Source: Candidatus Latescibacterota bacterium
GTDB taxonomy: Bacteria; Latescibacterota; UBA2968; UBA8231
Length of the DNA: 64,000 nt
Assembly: GCA_965203175.1 (NCBI GenBank)
Contig: OZ241867.1
Span: forward strand, 4,320,001 to 4,384,000
Direction of reading: 5' to 3'
Positions within the stretch are counted from its first letter, which is position 1. Every line of letters starts with the position of its first letter. The notes below the pieces were generated by a model, which saw nothing but the letters and a program-made list of their open reading frames with translations, searched no databases and was not told the DNA's origin. A program made the translations under genes and the position numbers. Of the stretch, positions 39,498 through 48,189 are shown piece by piece.

Positions 39498-39866
39498 TCA
39501 GGTCTTGTGCGGCACTAATTCTGCGGCGATAGCAGCGAGGACATCCTCGGTGCGAAAGGGCTTGTAAAAAATGGGGCACCCCTTGAGGGATTGCAGCACC
39601 TCTTGGAGGTCGTCGGATGAGCGCCTTTGGCGAGGCAGGAAGGCGATAAGCTTGGTGTTGTCGAGCAAACGATTCGCCGCGACAAAAGGAGCGGGGTCGT
39701 CGACTTCGACGCCGAGGAGGACTAAGTCCGGAGCGTTGAGTCGGTGATGGTCAAGTCCGTCGGCCAGTTCGTTGGCGACTTCGACCTGATAGCCGGCCCG
39801 TTCAAGCAGTCCGGCGAGGGTGGTACCAAATATGGGATTGCGGTCGATGATAAGGATTTTGTACAA
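39498..39866 (-). CDS. Stand-alone receiver-domain protein (atypical)
   Basis: KILIID...GYQV...PDLVLLG...KPF. The phospho-acceptor Asp position is Gly. Confidence 0.7.
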   Translation of the reverse strand: MYKILIIDRNPIFGTTLAGLLERAGYQVEVANELADGLDHHRLNAPDLVLLGVEVDDPAPFVAANRLLDNTKLIAFLPRQRRSSDDLQEVLQSLKGCPIFYKPFRTEDVLAAIAAELVPHKT

Positions 39867-39959
39867 TGCAATGGCTCTGGACGAGTTTAAGGCTAGACAA
39901 AGGCTTACGGCCTCAAAAAATTAAGGGGTGTGCTATACCTGCGCAAGCCAGGGAACTGC

Positions 39960-39988
39960 TTGACAACTCCAGAGACTCCGGCTATACT
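39960..39988 (+). promoter_or_regulatory. Sigma-70-type promoter for the amidohydrolase operon
   Basis: TTGACA-17 bp-TATACT. Confidence 0.7.
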
Positions 39989-40013
39989 GGCCGACCTAAA
40001 AAGACGGAGATTT

Positions 40014-41369
40014 ATGCGAAGCAAAGAGGAATTAAAGGCTGCTGTCTGCGCGGCCATTGATCAGCAGAGCGAGCAGATTATCGGGCTGGGAGAAGCCATC
40101 ATGGACCAGCCCGAATTGGGCTTTAAGGAAGAGCAGACGGCTCACCGCGTCTGCGAAAGTTTTGCCGATCTCGGATTGAGGTACGAGCGAGAACTAGCGT
40201 TGACCGGTGTGAAGGCCCGGCTCAAAGGGCAGCAATCAGGGCCGACTGTGGCGCTAATGGGTGAGCTCGACGCGCTCATTGTGCCCGATCATCCGCGCGC
40301 CGATCCGGCAACTGGGGCGGCACACGCCTGTGGCCACAACGCCCAGATCGCCGGAATGGTAGGGGCCGCTTACGGGCTTGTAGCGGCCGGCGTCAGCGAG
40401 GAACTAGCTGGGGAAATCGCGTTTTTCGCCGTGCCCGCAGAAGAATACGTCGAAATAGGCTATCGCTTAGGACTGGTCGAAGAAGGCAAGATCGCGTTTC
40501 TCGGGGGCAAGCCCGAACTGGTCGAATTGGGTCACTTCGACGACGTGGATATGGCCGTGATGATTCACACCAAGAGTTCGGCCCAAAACGAGGGGGCGGT
40601 GGGGATCGCTTGTTCGTCCAATGGCTTCTTGGCCAAGAACGTGCGTTTTATTGGCCGGGCTGCCCACGCCGGGGGCGCGCCGGAGAAAGGCGTCAACGCG
40701 CTCAGCGCAGCGACTCTGGCCCTCAGCGCGATTGACGCCCAGCGCGAGACCTTCCGCGACCAAGACTGCGTGCGGGTGCATCCGATCATCACAAAGGGAG
40801 GCGATCTAGTCAATATCATCCCGGCAGAGGTACGGCTGGAAACCTACGTCCGCGCCCGCACCACCGAGGCGATGCTCGATGCGTCTCACAAGGTCGATCG
40901 GGCGTTGCGGGGAGCGGCGGTTGCCCTTGGCTGTTCGGTTGAGATCGAAACCGTGCCCGGCTATCTGCCGCTGTGCAATGATCCCGACTTAGGGGAGCTT
41001 TTCAAGGACAATGCCGCGCGGATCTTCGGCCCCGATCAGTACCGGGATTACCCCCACGGCGGCGGCTCCACCGACGCTGGCGACCTCAGTCAGATCATGC
41101 CCGTACTACACCCGGCCATGACCGGAGCCAGCGGCGTGGTCCATGGACCCGATTGGGGGATTGCCGACCCCGCCGCTGGGTACCTAGCCCCGGCCAAGGT
41201 CTTGGCCATGATGGCCATTGACCTGCTGTACGGCGATGCGTCCTCAGCCCGGGACATCCTACAAAATCACGCGCCTAACATGAGTAAGGACGAATATCTC
41301 CAGCAGCAAAAGGCACTCTTTCGCCGGGAACTCTTTGCCGGTGATCAAACAGGGGAGAATGCAACGTGA
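40014..41369 (+). CDS. M20-family amidohydrolase
   Basis: PELGFKE, GELDAL, HACGH, PAEE, G.AAHAG..P..GVNA, GSTD.GD. Confidence 0.92.
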   Translation: MRSKEELKAAVCAAIDQQSEQIIGLGEAIMDQPELGFKEEQTAHRVCESFADLGLRYERELALTGVKARLKGQQSGPTVALMGELDALIVPDHPRADPATGAAHACGHNAQIAGMVGAAYGLVAAGVSEELAGEIAFFAVPAEEYVEIGYRLGLVEEGKIAFLGGKPELVELGHFDDVDMAVMIHTKSSAQNEGAVGIACSSNGFLAKNVRFIGRAAHAGGAPEKGVNALSAATLALSAIDAQRETFRDQDCVRVHPIITKGGDLVNIIPAEVRLETYVRARTTEAMLDASHKVDRALRGAAVALGCSVEIETVPGYLPLCNDPDLGELFKDNAARIFGPDQYRDYPHGGGSTDAGDLSQIMPVLHPAMTGASGVVHGPDWGIADPAAGYLAPAKVLAMMAIDLLYGDASSARDILQNHAPNMSKDEYLQQQKALFRRELFAGDQTGENAT

Positions 41370-42130
41370 AGCTCGGTATGGTTACCTATAATTTGGGTCG
41401 CAATTGGGATTTAGAGACGTTGATTGCCCATTGCGAAGAGACTGGTTTTACCGGAGTGGAACTGAGGACGACGCATGCCCACGGGGTCGAAGTGGCGCTC
41501 AGTGCAGCCGAGCGGACCGAGGTCAAGAAGCGCTTTGCCGATTCGGCAGTCGAGCTAGTGGGATTGGGCAGTGCCTTTGAATACGACGCCGTTGATCCGC
41601 AGATCCTGCAAAGTCACATCGACGGGACCAAAGAATACGTGCGCTTGGCCCACGATCTCGGAGTCGGCGGAGTCAAGGTGCGCCCCAACAACGTCCACGT
41701 AGATGAGGGGATCCCCATCGAACAGACCTTGGAGCAGATCGGCGTCAGTTTGCGCGAGTGTGGAGAATTTGCCCGCGATCTGGGGGTGCAGATCCGCTTG
41801 GAGGTCCACGGTCGCACGACCTCGGATCCTGCCAACGTCCGCAAGATCCTCGATTACGCCGACCACGACAATGTCTTCGTATGCTGGAATTCCAATGCGA
41901 CGGACCTAGTCGACGGCTCCATCGACGGCAGTTTCTCCTCCTTGCAGGACGCCATTGCCTTGGTCCACATTACCGAGTTGTGGAGCGACTATCCGTGGGA
42001 GCGGCTCTTTACCCTGCTGCGGCAGAGTGGCTATACCGGTTATTGCCTCGCCGAAATCCCCGAAAGTCCAGATTCCCTGCGCCTGATGCGCTATTACCGA
42101 GCCTTGTGGCAGGCCCTCGCCAAAGGCTAG
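41366..42130 (+). CDS. Sugar phosphate isomerase/epimerase (xylose isomerase-like TIM barrel)
   Basis: GF.GVELRTTHAHGVE, LEVHG, CWNSN, VHI. Confidence 0.82.
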   Translation: MKLGMVTYNLGRNWDLETLIAHCEETGFTGVELRTTHAHGVEVALSAAERTEVKKRFADSAVELVGLGSAFEYDAVDPQILQSHIDGTKEYVRLAHDLGVGGVKVRPNNVHVDEGIPIEQTLEQIGVSLRECGEFARDLGVQIRLEVHGRTTSDPANVRKILDYADHDNVFVCWNSNATDLVDGSIDGSFSSLQDAIALVHITELWSDYPWERLFTLLRQSGYTGYCLAEIPESPDSLRLMRYYRALWQALAKG

Positions 42131-42136
42131 CAATGG

Positions 42137-42991
42137 GTGATGCCTGAGATCGCTTATGTCAACGGCCGCTTCTGTCCATTGGCCGAAGCTGTGGTGTCGG
42201 TCGAGGACCGGGGCTATCAGTTCGCCGATGGGGTCTATGAGGTCGTTGGAACCTACGGCGGGTGCCCCTATGCCTTAGAGCCGCATTTAGCGCGCCTCCA
42301 AGGCAACCTAGCAGCACTTCACTTGCCGTTGGATATCCGCGAGTATGGCCTTAAGACCAAGCTAATGGAGGGCATCGAGCGGAGCAGTTTTGGCGAGACC
42401 TTGATCTATATCCAAGTCACGCGGGGAGTCGCCCCTAGGCAGCACGAGTTTCCCGCTGTCCCGGTTGCTCCCACTGTCGTAATGACGTTTAAGGAATTGC
42501 GTCGCCTGCCACGGGACCTCTACGACCGCGGCGTCGAAATTATTAGCACCGAAGACTTGCGCTGGAAGCGCTGCGATATCAAAAGCATCGCTTTACTGCC
42601 CAACATTTTGGCCAAGCAGACGGCGATGCAAGCAGGGGCTTTTGAGGCTCTGCTAGTGGATGCGGAAGGCCGAGTCACCGAAGGGGCTTCAACCAGTGCC
42701 TTCTGCGTACAGGCGGAGCGATTGTGTACTGCGCCTATCGGTTCCCACATCCTGCCGAGTATCACCAGAGGGATTCTTCTCGATTTAGCCCGCGAGCTCG
42801 GTATACCCATTGACGAAGAATTTTGCACGCTGGAGCAATTTAAGGAAGCCAACGAGGTCTTCATTGCCGGTACTACGCTTGAGGCGATGTCAGTGGTAAA
42901 AATCGACGATGCCGTTATCGGCGATGGTGCACCGGGGACGATAACGCAGCAGATCCGCGCTGCGTTTATGGAGTCACTGGATTTGACCTGA
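42137..42991 (+). CDS. dat: Class IV PLP aminotransferase (D-amino acid aminotransferase-like)
   Basis: VEDRGYQFADGVYEV, YIQVTRG, RW.RCDIKS..LLPN, TEG, ILPSITR. Confidence 0.88.
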   Translation: MMPEIAYVNGRFCPLAEAVVSVEDRGYQFADGVYEVVGTYGGCPYALEPHLARLQGNLAALHLPLDIREYGLKTKLMEGIERSSFGETLIYIQVTRGVAPRQHEFPAVPVAPTVVMTFKELRRLPRDLYDRGVEIISTEDLRWKRCDIKSIALLPNILAKQTAMQAGAFEALLVDAEGRVTEGASTSAFCVQAERLCTAPIGSHILPSITRGILLDLARELGIPIDEEFCTLEQFKEANEVFIAGTTLEAMSVVKIDDAVIGDGAPGTITQQIRAAFMESLDLT

Positions 42992-43010
42992 AAGGGCAGG
43001 GGTACCACAC

Positions 43011-43050
43011 AAAAAAGGGGACGTGCAGACAGGCTGCGCGTCCCCCTTTT
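43011..43050. terminator. Bidirectional intrinsic terminator between convergent genes
   Basis: AAAAAAGGGGACGTGCAG...CTGCGCGTCCCCCTTTT. Confidence 0.75.
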
Positions 43051-43069
43051 GCGTTGTTGCCAGAGATTT

Positions 43070-44479
43070 TTAATGAATGACGATCATCTTGGTTTCGGTC
43101 ATTTCCTCGACCGCGTACCGGGGCCCCTCCTTGCCCATGCCGCTTTCCTTGAGGCCACCATAGGGCATCAGATCGGCTCGCCACTGAGTGCCCCAATTGA
43201 TGTGGATGTTGCCCGATTCCACTTGCTGGGCAAACTGGAGGGCCCAGTTGAGATTCTCGGTGAAAATTGCGGCGCTGAGACCATAGTTGGTGTCGTTGGC
43301 CATGGCGATGGCTTGGTCGATATCGTCGATCCGGCTGATGCCGAGCGCTGGGCCGAAAATCTCGTCGCAGGAGACCTTCATCTCCGGTGCTACATCGGCT
43401 AGGATGGTCGGGGCGTGCATTGTGCCCTCGCGGGTGCCGCCTGTGACGACGCTGGCCCCAGCCCCAACGGCTTCTTGCACCCAAGCCTCGACGCGCTCGG
43501 CATCTTGGACGCGGATCATCGGCCCCATCTTGACGTCGTCGTCGAGGGGATTGCCGGTCGTTAGGGATTCGACAGCGGGTTTGAGGGCGTCTATAAAATC
43601 CCCGTACACCTCGCTGCTGGCGAAAACTCGCTGAGTTGAGATGCAGACTTGGCCAGCGTTGGCAAAGCCGGTATTGGCGGTGGCCGCGGCGACCTTTTCG
43701 AGATCGGCGTCCGGCATGACGATTAGCGGAGAGTTGGAACCCAGTTCCATGGTCACTTTCTTCAGGCCGGCGACCTGACAGATGTGTTCGCCAACATCGC
43801 GGCTGCCTGTGAAGCTGATTTTGCGGACCTTGGGATTGGAACTGATCGCATCGCCAATGACGCCGCCCGAACCCGTGACGCATTGAATAGCTTCCTCCGG
43901 CAGACCCGCGTCGACAAAAATCTCGGTCAGTTTGAGAGCCGAAAGCGGGGTATCGCTGGCGGGTTTGACGATGATCGCGTTGCCGGCGGCCAGCGCGGGG
44001 CCGACTTTGTGGCAGACGAGGTTGAGCGGGAAGTTAAAGGGGGTAATAGCGGCTACCACGCCACAGGGAACCCGCAGCGTAAAGCCGAATTTGCCCTCCC
44101 CATTAGAGGCCCCGCTCAAGTCGAGCGTTTCGCCAGTCAGGCGCTTGGCTTCCTCGGCAGACAGGACAATGGTCTCTTGGGCACGGGACGCCTCGCCCAT
44201 GCCCTCGGTGAGGATCTTGCCCTCTTCGAGCGTGATGGTGCGCCCTAGGTCGTCGAGCCGCTCTAGCATTAGGTCGGCCGCGCGATGGATGATCTCGTAG
44301 CGCTCATGGGCACTCATTGCGGCCATGATTTTGGCACCGCGCTCGGCCGAGTCAATGGCGCGGTCGATGTCTGCGGCGTCTCCCCTGGGGACGGTGTCGA
44401 CGACTGAGCCATCGTAGGGGTTGACGACGTCCATGGTTTCGGCTTTGTCAACCCATTCTCCGGCGATGTACATCTTCAT
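43070..44479 (-). CDS. Aldehyde dehydrogenase family protein
   Basis: ITPFNFP, KPA, SFTGS, MELGSNSP, NAGQVC, EIFGP, YGG.KESG.GKEG. Confidence 0.95.
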   Translation of the reverse strand: MKMYIAGEWVDKAETMDVVNPYDGSVVDTVPRGDAADIDRAIDSAERGAKIMAAMSAHERYEIIHRAADLMLERLDDLGRTITLEEGKILTEGMGEASRAQETIVLSAEEAKRLTGETLDLSGASNGEGKFGFTLRVPCGVVAAITPFNFPLNLVCHKVGPALAAGNAIIVKPASDTPLSALKLTEIFVDAGLPEEAIQCVTGSGGVIGDAISSNPKVRKISFTGSRDVGEHICQVAGLKKVTMELGSNSPLIVMPDADLEKVAAATANTGFANAGQVCISTQRVFASSEVYGDFIDALKPAVESLTTGNPLDDDVKMGPMIRVQDAERVEAWVQEAVGAGASVVTGGTREGTMHAPTILADVAPEMKVSCDEIFGPALGISRIDDIDQAIAMANDTNYGLSAAIFTENLNWALQFAQQVESGNIHINWGTQWRADLMPYGGLKESGMGKEGPRYAVEEMTETKMIVIH

Positions 44480-44558
44480 AGTCAACTTCCTTTTTAAGGT
44501 GGATGGTAAGTAATCAACAAGTTAAGTACGCGCTTTTACCTGTCAAGCGAGTTCAAGG

Positions 44559-46001
44559 TTAAATACCCACGCGGTTTTCATAGGCCAAGGGTCGTCCCTC
44601 GGCATCGAGTAAGGGCTGTGGTGGGGCCTTCTTTTGGGTTAGCAAGCTGACGATTACCAAGGAGAGGGCGGAAAAGGGCACGGCCAAAAGGTCGGCTGGC
44701 AAATCCGAGGAGAGCACCCTCAGTACCTGCCAGGCGCACAGGCCTACCCCTATGGAGGCCAAGGCCCCGGGGCCATTACTCTTGGACCACCACAAGCCAG
44801 CGGTTAGCGGGACGAACAGCGAGGCGAGGAGTACGGACCAAGAATCGACCATCAAATCGTACACCGAAGCAGTCCGGAGGGCCAATAGCAGAGATAGCGC
44901 GCCCAATAGGAGGACGGACAAGCGCGTCACGCGCAGCGACGCCCGCTCTTCGGCATCGGGTTTGAAGTAGCGCAGGAGATCCCAACCAATGACACTCGCT
45001 GGAGCGAGGAGGGCACTGTCGGCGCTGGACAGGATAGCCGAGACGAGGGCACCCATAAAGAGGATTAAGGCTATATCTGGAAGGTATTTTAGGGCGAGGG
45101 ACATCATAACTAGGTCGGGATCGGCCAGATCCGGAAGGATGACCGCACCCGCCATGCCGAGAAAAACGGGCAATAGCCCAACCGTTATATAAAGCAGCCC
45201 AGCGAGGTAAGCGCTGCGATAAGCGACCTTTTCGTCGCGGCTTGAAAGACAGCGCTGGATTAGGTCTTGGCCCGCTAGGCTGCCGAGTCCGATGACTAGC
45301 CAGTCGCGTGCATAGGCCAACCAACTGGCCGCGTCGCCGCGGGGGTAGAAATCGAAGCGGGAGGCCGGAATTTGGGCGACGAGGGCCTTCCAGCCGCCCA
45401 TGTCGCCGAGGAGGATCGGCGTCAAAATAAGCAGCCCGAGCACGAGGACGGTCACTTGGACGAAATCGGTTAGCGTGACGGCCCACATACCGCCGGCCCA
45501 AGTGTAGATCAGCACGATGACTGCGGCTGCGCAGATGCCGACAGTGGGATCGATGCCGGTCAGGATCTGCAGGATCCGTCCAAAGGCCACCAAGAGCGAG
45601 CCGGTCCAGCCGACATAGGCGGGAATGGTGCAAAGGCTCGCCAGCAGGCCCGCCCGAGGGCCGAAGCGGCGGCTAAAAAAAGATGCGATCGTCATCAAGC
45701 CCATGCGCCGCATCAACCGCACGTAAAAGAGGCCAGCGATGAACAGGCACAAAGCCGCGCCAAAAGGGTCGGCAATGACCGCGAGGATACCGCCCTTGTA
45801 TGCAGCACTCGCAGCGCCAATGCAGATTCCACCGCCAAACCACGTCGCGGCGAGGGTCGCGGTGCAGAGTAACAGAGGCAGGCGTTGACCGGCGAGGATG
45901 AAGTCAGTCGAGTTGTGGACTCGGCGACCAGCGTATAGGCCAACGCCGAGCATCACCAAGAGATAGACACCCAAGCCGATCAAGACCAATGGATTGGCCA
46001 T
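44559..46001 (-). CDS. Sodium:solute symporter family protein
   Basis: ATWFGGG, YT..GGMWAVT.TD.VQ, QD..QR, SA.LSSADS; about 13 TMs. Confidence 0.92.
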   Translation of the reverse strand: MANPLVLIGLGVYLLVMLGVGLYAGRRVHNSTDFILAGQRLPLLLCTATLAATWFGGGICIGAASAAYKGGILAVIADPFGAALCLFIAGLFYVRLMRRMGLMTIASFFSRRFGPRAGLLASLCTIPAYVGWTGSLLVAFGRILQILTGIDPTVGICAAAVIVLIYTWAGGMWAVTLTDFVQVTVLVLGLLILTPILLGDMGGWKALVAQIPASRFDFYPRGDAASWLAYARDWLVIGLGSLAGQDLIQRCLSSRDEKVAYRSAYLAGLLYITVGLLPVFLGMAGAVILPDLADPDLVMMSLALKYLPDIALILFMGALVSAILSSADSALLAPASVIGWDLLRYFKPDAEERASLRVTRLSVLLLGALSLLLALRTASVYDLMVDSWSVLLASLFVPLTAGLWWSKSNGPGALASIGVGLCAWQVLRVLSSDLPADLLAVPFSALSLVIVSLLTQKKAPPQPLLDAEGRPLAYENRVGI

Positions 46002-46047
46002 TGCAAGATCCTTTTTTAAGATTTGTTATAATAACTAAAGGAGTGAA

Positions 46048-46087
46048 AATGGCCAATGACGCCAGCCAAGTGGCGAATATGGCCATT
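46048..46087. promoter_or_regulatory. Dyad enhancer (UAS) upstream of pspA
   Basis: AATGGCCAatgaCGCCA (46048-64) and TGGCGaataTGGCCATT (46071-87) are inverted copies, about 75-115 bp upstream of the -24 element, across an AT-rich spacer. Confidence 0.7.
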
Positions 46088-46161
46088 AAAAAGTAATAAT
46101 TTGATCTATATTTTTCCTGTAATATATTGGGCTATAATCAGTTATGGATATGACAATGCTT

Positions 46162-46178
46162 TTGGCATGGTCCTTGCA
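46162..46178 (+). promoter_or_regulatory. Sigma-54 (-24/-12) promoter of the pspA operon
   Basis: TTGGCATGGTCCTTGCA, a canonical TGGCA-N6-TTGC, 50 bp before the pspA ATG. Confidence 0.85.
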
Positions 46179-46227
46179 GGTTAGAAACAACGCATGATAA
46201 GCTTCACTCAATCAAGGAAGGTGTGCG

Positions 46228-46902
46228 ATGGCTAAGGGAGCCTTTTCGAGGATAAGCGATATCCTCAAGTCCAATATTAACGAGATGCTCGACCGGGCCG
46301 AAGAGCCAGACAAGATGATCCGCCAGATGGTGCGGGACATGGAAGAGGCAGTAGGCAAGGCCACGGCCTCGGTAGGGACTGCTGTGGCCAACCACAAGCG
46401 GCTCGAGCGCCAGTTCAACGACAAGCAAAGCCAGGTCGCCGAATGGCAGGGCAAGGCCGAACGGGCGGTGGAAGCGGGTGAAGATGCGCTGGCGCGACGG
46501 GCGTTGGAGCGCAAGGCGGTGTTTGCCAAAGCTGCCGAGGATCTGGCTCCGGCTGTGGAGGAAAGTCGGCAGACGGCCGCGCAGTTGCGCGAGCAACTGC
46601 GCGAGCTGAAGACCAAGCTCGAAGAAGCACGGACCCGACAGGGCACGTTGATTGCTCGCCACCAAGCTGCCCAGGCCCGCAAGCGTCTGGCCCAGAGCAT
46701 TTCCGGGTTGGGTGAGGATGCCTTTTCCAGCTTTGAACGCTTTGAGCAGAAAGTCGAAGAGAGCGAGGCAGAGGCGGCCGCCCACACGGAGATTTCGGGC
46801 GAGATGGAAAACATTGAGAAAGAGATCCGCCAAATCGAAGTCGATCACAGCGTTGACGACGAATTGAAGGCCCTAAAGGACAAGATGAATAAAGACAAGT
46901 AA
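46228..46902 (+). CDS. pspA: Phage shock protein A (PspA/IM30 family)
   Basis: FSRISDILKSNINEMLDRAEEPDKMIRQMVRDME, W..KAE.A...G.D.LAR.AL..K, F.RFE.KV, VDDEL.ALK. Confidence 0.93.
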   Translation: MAKGAFSRISDILKSNINEMLDRAEEPDKMIRQMVRDMEEAVGKATASVGTAVANHKRLERQFNDKQSQVAEWQGKAERAVEAGEDALARRALERKAVFAKAAEDLAPAVEESRQTAAQLREQLRELKTKLEEARTRQGTLIARHQAAQARKRLAQSISGLGEDAFSSFERFEQKVEESEAEAAAHTEISGEMENIEKEIRQIEVDHSVDDELKALKDKMNKDK

Positions 46903-46950
46903 TCCTTTGTTCCACAGCATGTTGTGTAATCTGCTGAATTCGAGGAACTA

Positions 46951-47475
46951 ATGGCTGTGACGATGAGACCGCCCGATGCGGCAAAAAGCGAGGTACGAAG
47001 TGCTATGGAAGGGGGATTCAAGCGCCTAGGCGCTCTTTTTCTCAAGGTAATGGCCGTGCCGATGGTGCCGATAGGGCTGGGGTTTATGCTCTACGGACTT
47101 TTCCAAATTCTCCATGCCGATGGCCCAGATTCCCATTTTGAGTTTTTCGCCGTTGGCGTCACTCAGACCATTTTCGGCAGCTTGCTCTGGGTGCTGGCCA
47201 AAAAGCTCGATGCGGCCGCGCATTTGGTGCGCTACCGACGGCAGCAGAACCGCGTGGTGCGGCTGGCCCAGAAGAGAAATGGCCGCCTGACGGTGACCGA
47301 AACGGCGGCCGATACCGGGCTGACGGTCGAGGAAGCCTCGGAGATTCTCAAGCGCTTGGCCGATGGGGGATTCGTCGAGGTCGAAATAACCGATTCGGGC
47401 CTGATCGTCTATCGCTTTCCAGAAGTGCTTTTCGCGCATGAGAAACACTGGAGCCAAGGCGTCGAAAGCGCCTGA
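46951..47475 (+). CDS. Two-TM membrane protein with C-terminal winged-helix-like domain (Psp-associated)
   Basis: Two hydrophobic segments, then RLA....G.LTV.E.A..TGL..EEA...L..L...G...V.ITDSG..VY.FP. GAGGA RBS. Confidence 0.7.
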   Translation: MAVTMRPPDAAKSEVRSAMEGGFKRLGALFLKVMAVPMVPIGLGFMLYGLFQILHADGPDSHFEFFAVGVTQTIFGSLLWVLAKKLDAAAHLVRYRRQQNRVVRLAQKRNGRLTVTETAADTGLTVEEASEILKRLADGGFVEVEITDSGLIVYRFPEVLFAHEKHWSQGVESA

Positions 47476-47511
47476 TACAAACAGGCTATAGCTCGGACAG
47501 GGAGGGAGCAA

Positions 47512-47787
47512 ATGAGTGGGTTTTTACAGCTCGCCATTGGCGTATGTCTCATCATCCTGTGCAGTGGATTGGTCAATTGGGGCAACAAGTATTATTCGAG
47601 CCGCAAGCGACGAGACAAAAAAGCCAAAGAGGAAGAGGATTTGATCGTCAAGCGTCTAGAGCGAGTAGAGCAGCGGCTGACCGAGGTGCAGGACGTGATG
47701 ATCGCCCTCAGCGAGAAGATCGACTACATGGATGGAGTAGGGACTAAACCTAGATCACAAAAAGAGCAAATGGGAACGGAGAGCTGA
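47512..47787 (+). CDS. Small single-TM coiled-coil protein (PspB-like architecture)
   Basis: N-terminal TM, basic linker, RLERVEQRLTEVQDVMIALSEKID. GGAGGAG RBS. Confidence 0.7.
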   Translation: MSGFLQLAIGVCLIILCSGLVNWGNKYYSSRKRRDKKAKEEEDLIVKRLERVEQRLTEVQDVMIALSEKIDYMDGVGTKPRSQKEQMGTES

Positions 47788-48138
47788 CAGGAAGAGTTGA
47801 TTCCATAGATAAGGAGTTAAATCATGGCCAAGAACAAGGAGAGCCTCCTCGGATTCTTAGGCTTTATCGTGTTATTTGTTGTTGTCTTTTTTTTATTTAC
47901 CAGCCATCCCTTGGGGCCTAGCTTTCCCTACATTCTGACGCCACTCTTGTTGGCTGTTGTGGCGATTTTCGGCATCGCTAAAGTTGCCGAATACCTCAAG
48001 CTCAAGGCGACTGTATCCGAGGACAAGGGCATTGAGCCTGATGAACTGCGGGAACGGCTAGCCGGAATGGAACAGCGGCTGACTGAGGTGCAGGACGTGA
48101 TGATCGCTCTCAGCGAAAAGATCGACCACATGGACGGA
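47668..48138 (+). repeat. 69-bp direct repeat (47668-47736 and 48070-48138) encoding a shared coiled-coil
   Basis: 63/69 nt identical by manual comparison; 5 of the 6 differences are synonymous. Confidence 0.9.
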
Positions 48139-48186
48139 ACAGGATCTAAGTCTTGGGAGCGCCAAGAACCGCGAGAGCAAGGCTAG
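47824..48186 (+). CDS. Small two-TM coiled-coil protein sharing its C-terminal motif with 47512..47787
   Basis: Two TMs; EQRLTEVQDVMIALSEKIDHMDG. AAGGAG RBS. Confidence 0.7.
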   Translation: MAKNKESLLGFLGFIVLFVVVFFLFTSHPLGPSFPYILTPLLLAVVAIFGIAKVAEYLKLKATVSEDKGIEPDELRERLAGMEQRLTEVQDVMIALSEKIDHMDGTGSKSWERQEPREQG

Positions 48187-48189
48187 GCC

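Noticed and set aside
42966-43883. 305-aa alternative-frame ORF inside the aldehyde dehydrogenase gene, and similar long overlapping ORFs elsewhere
   Set aside because: Arg/Pro-rich, motif-free off-frame ORFs are expected in GC-rich DNA.
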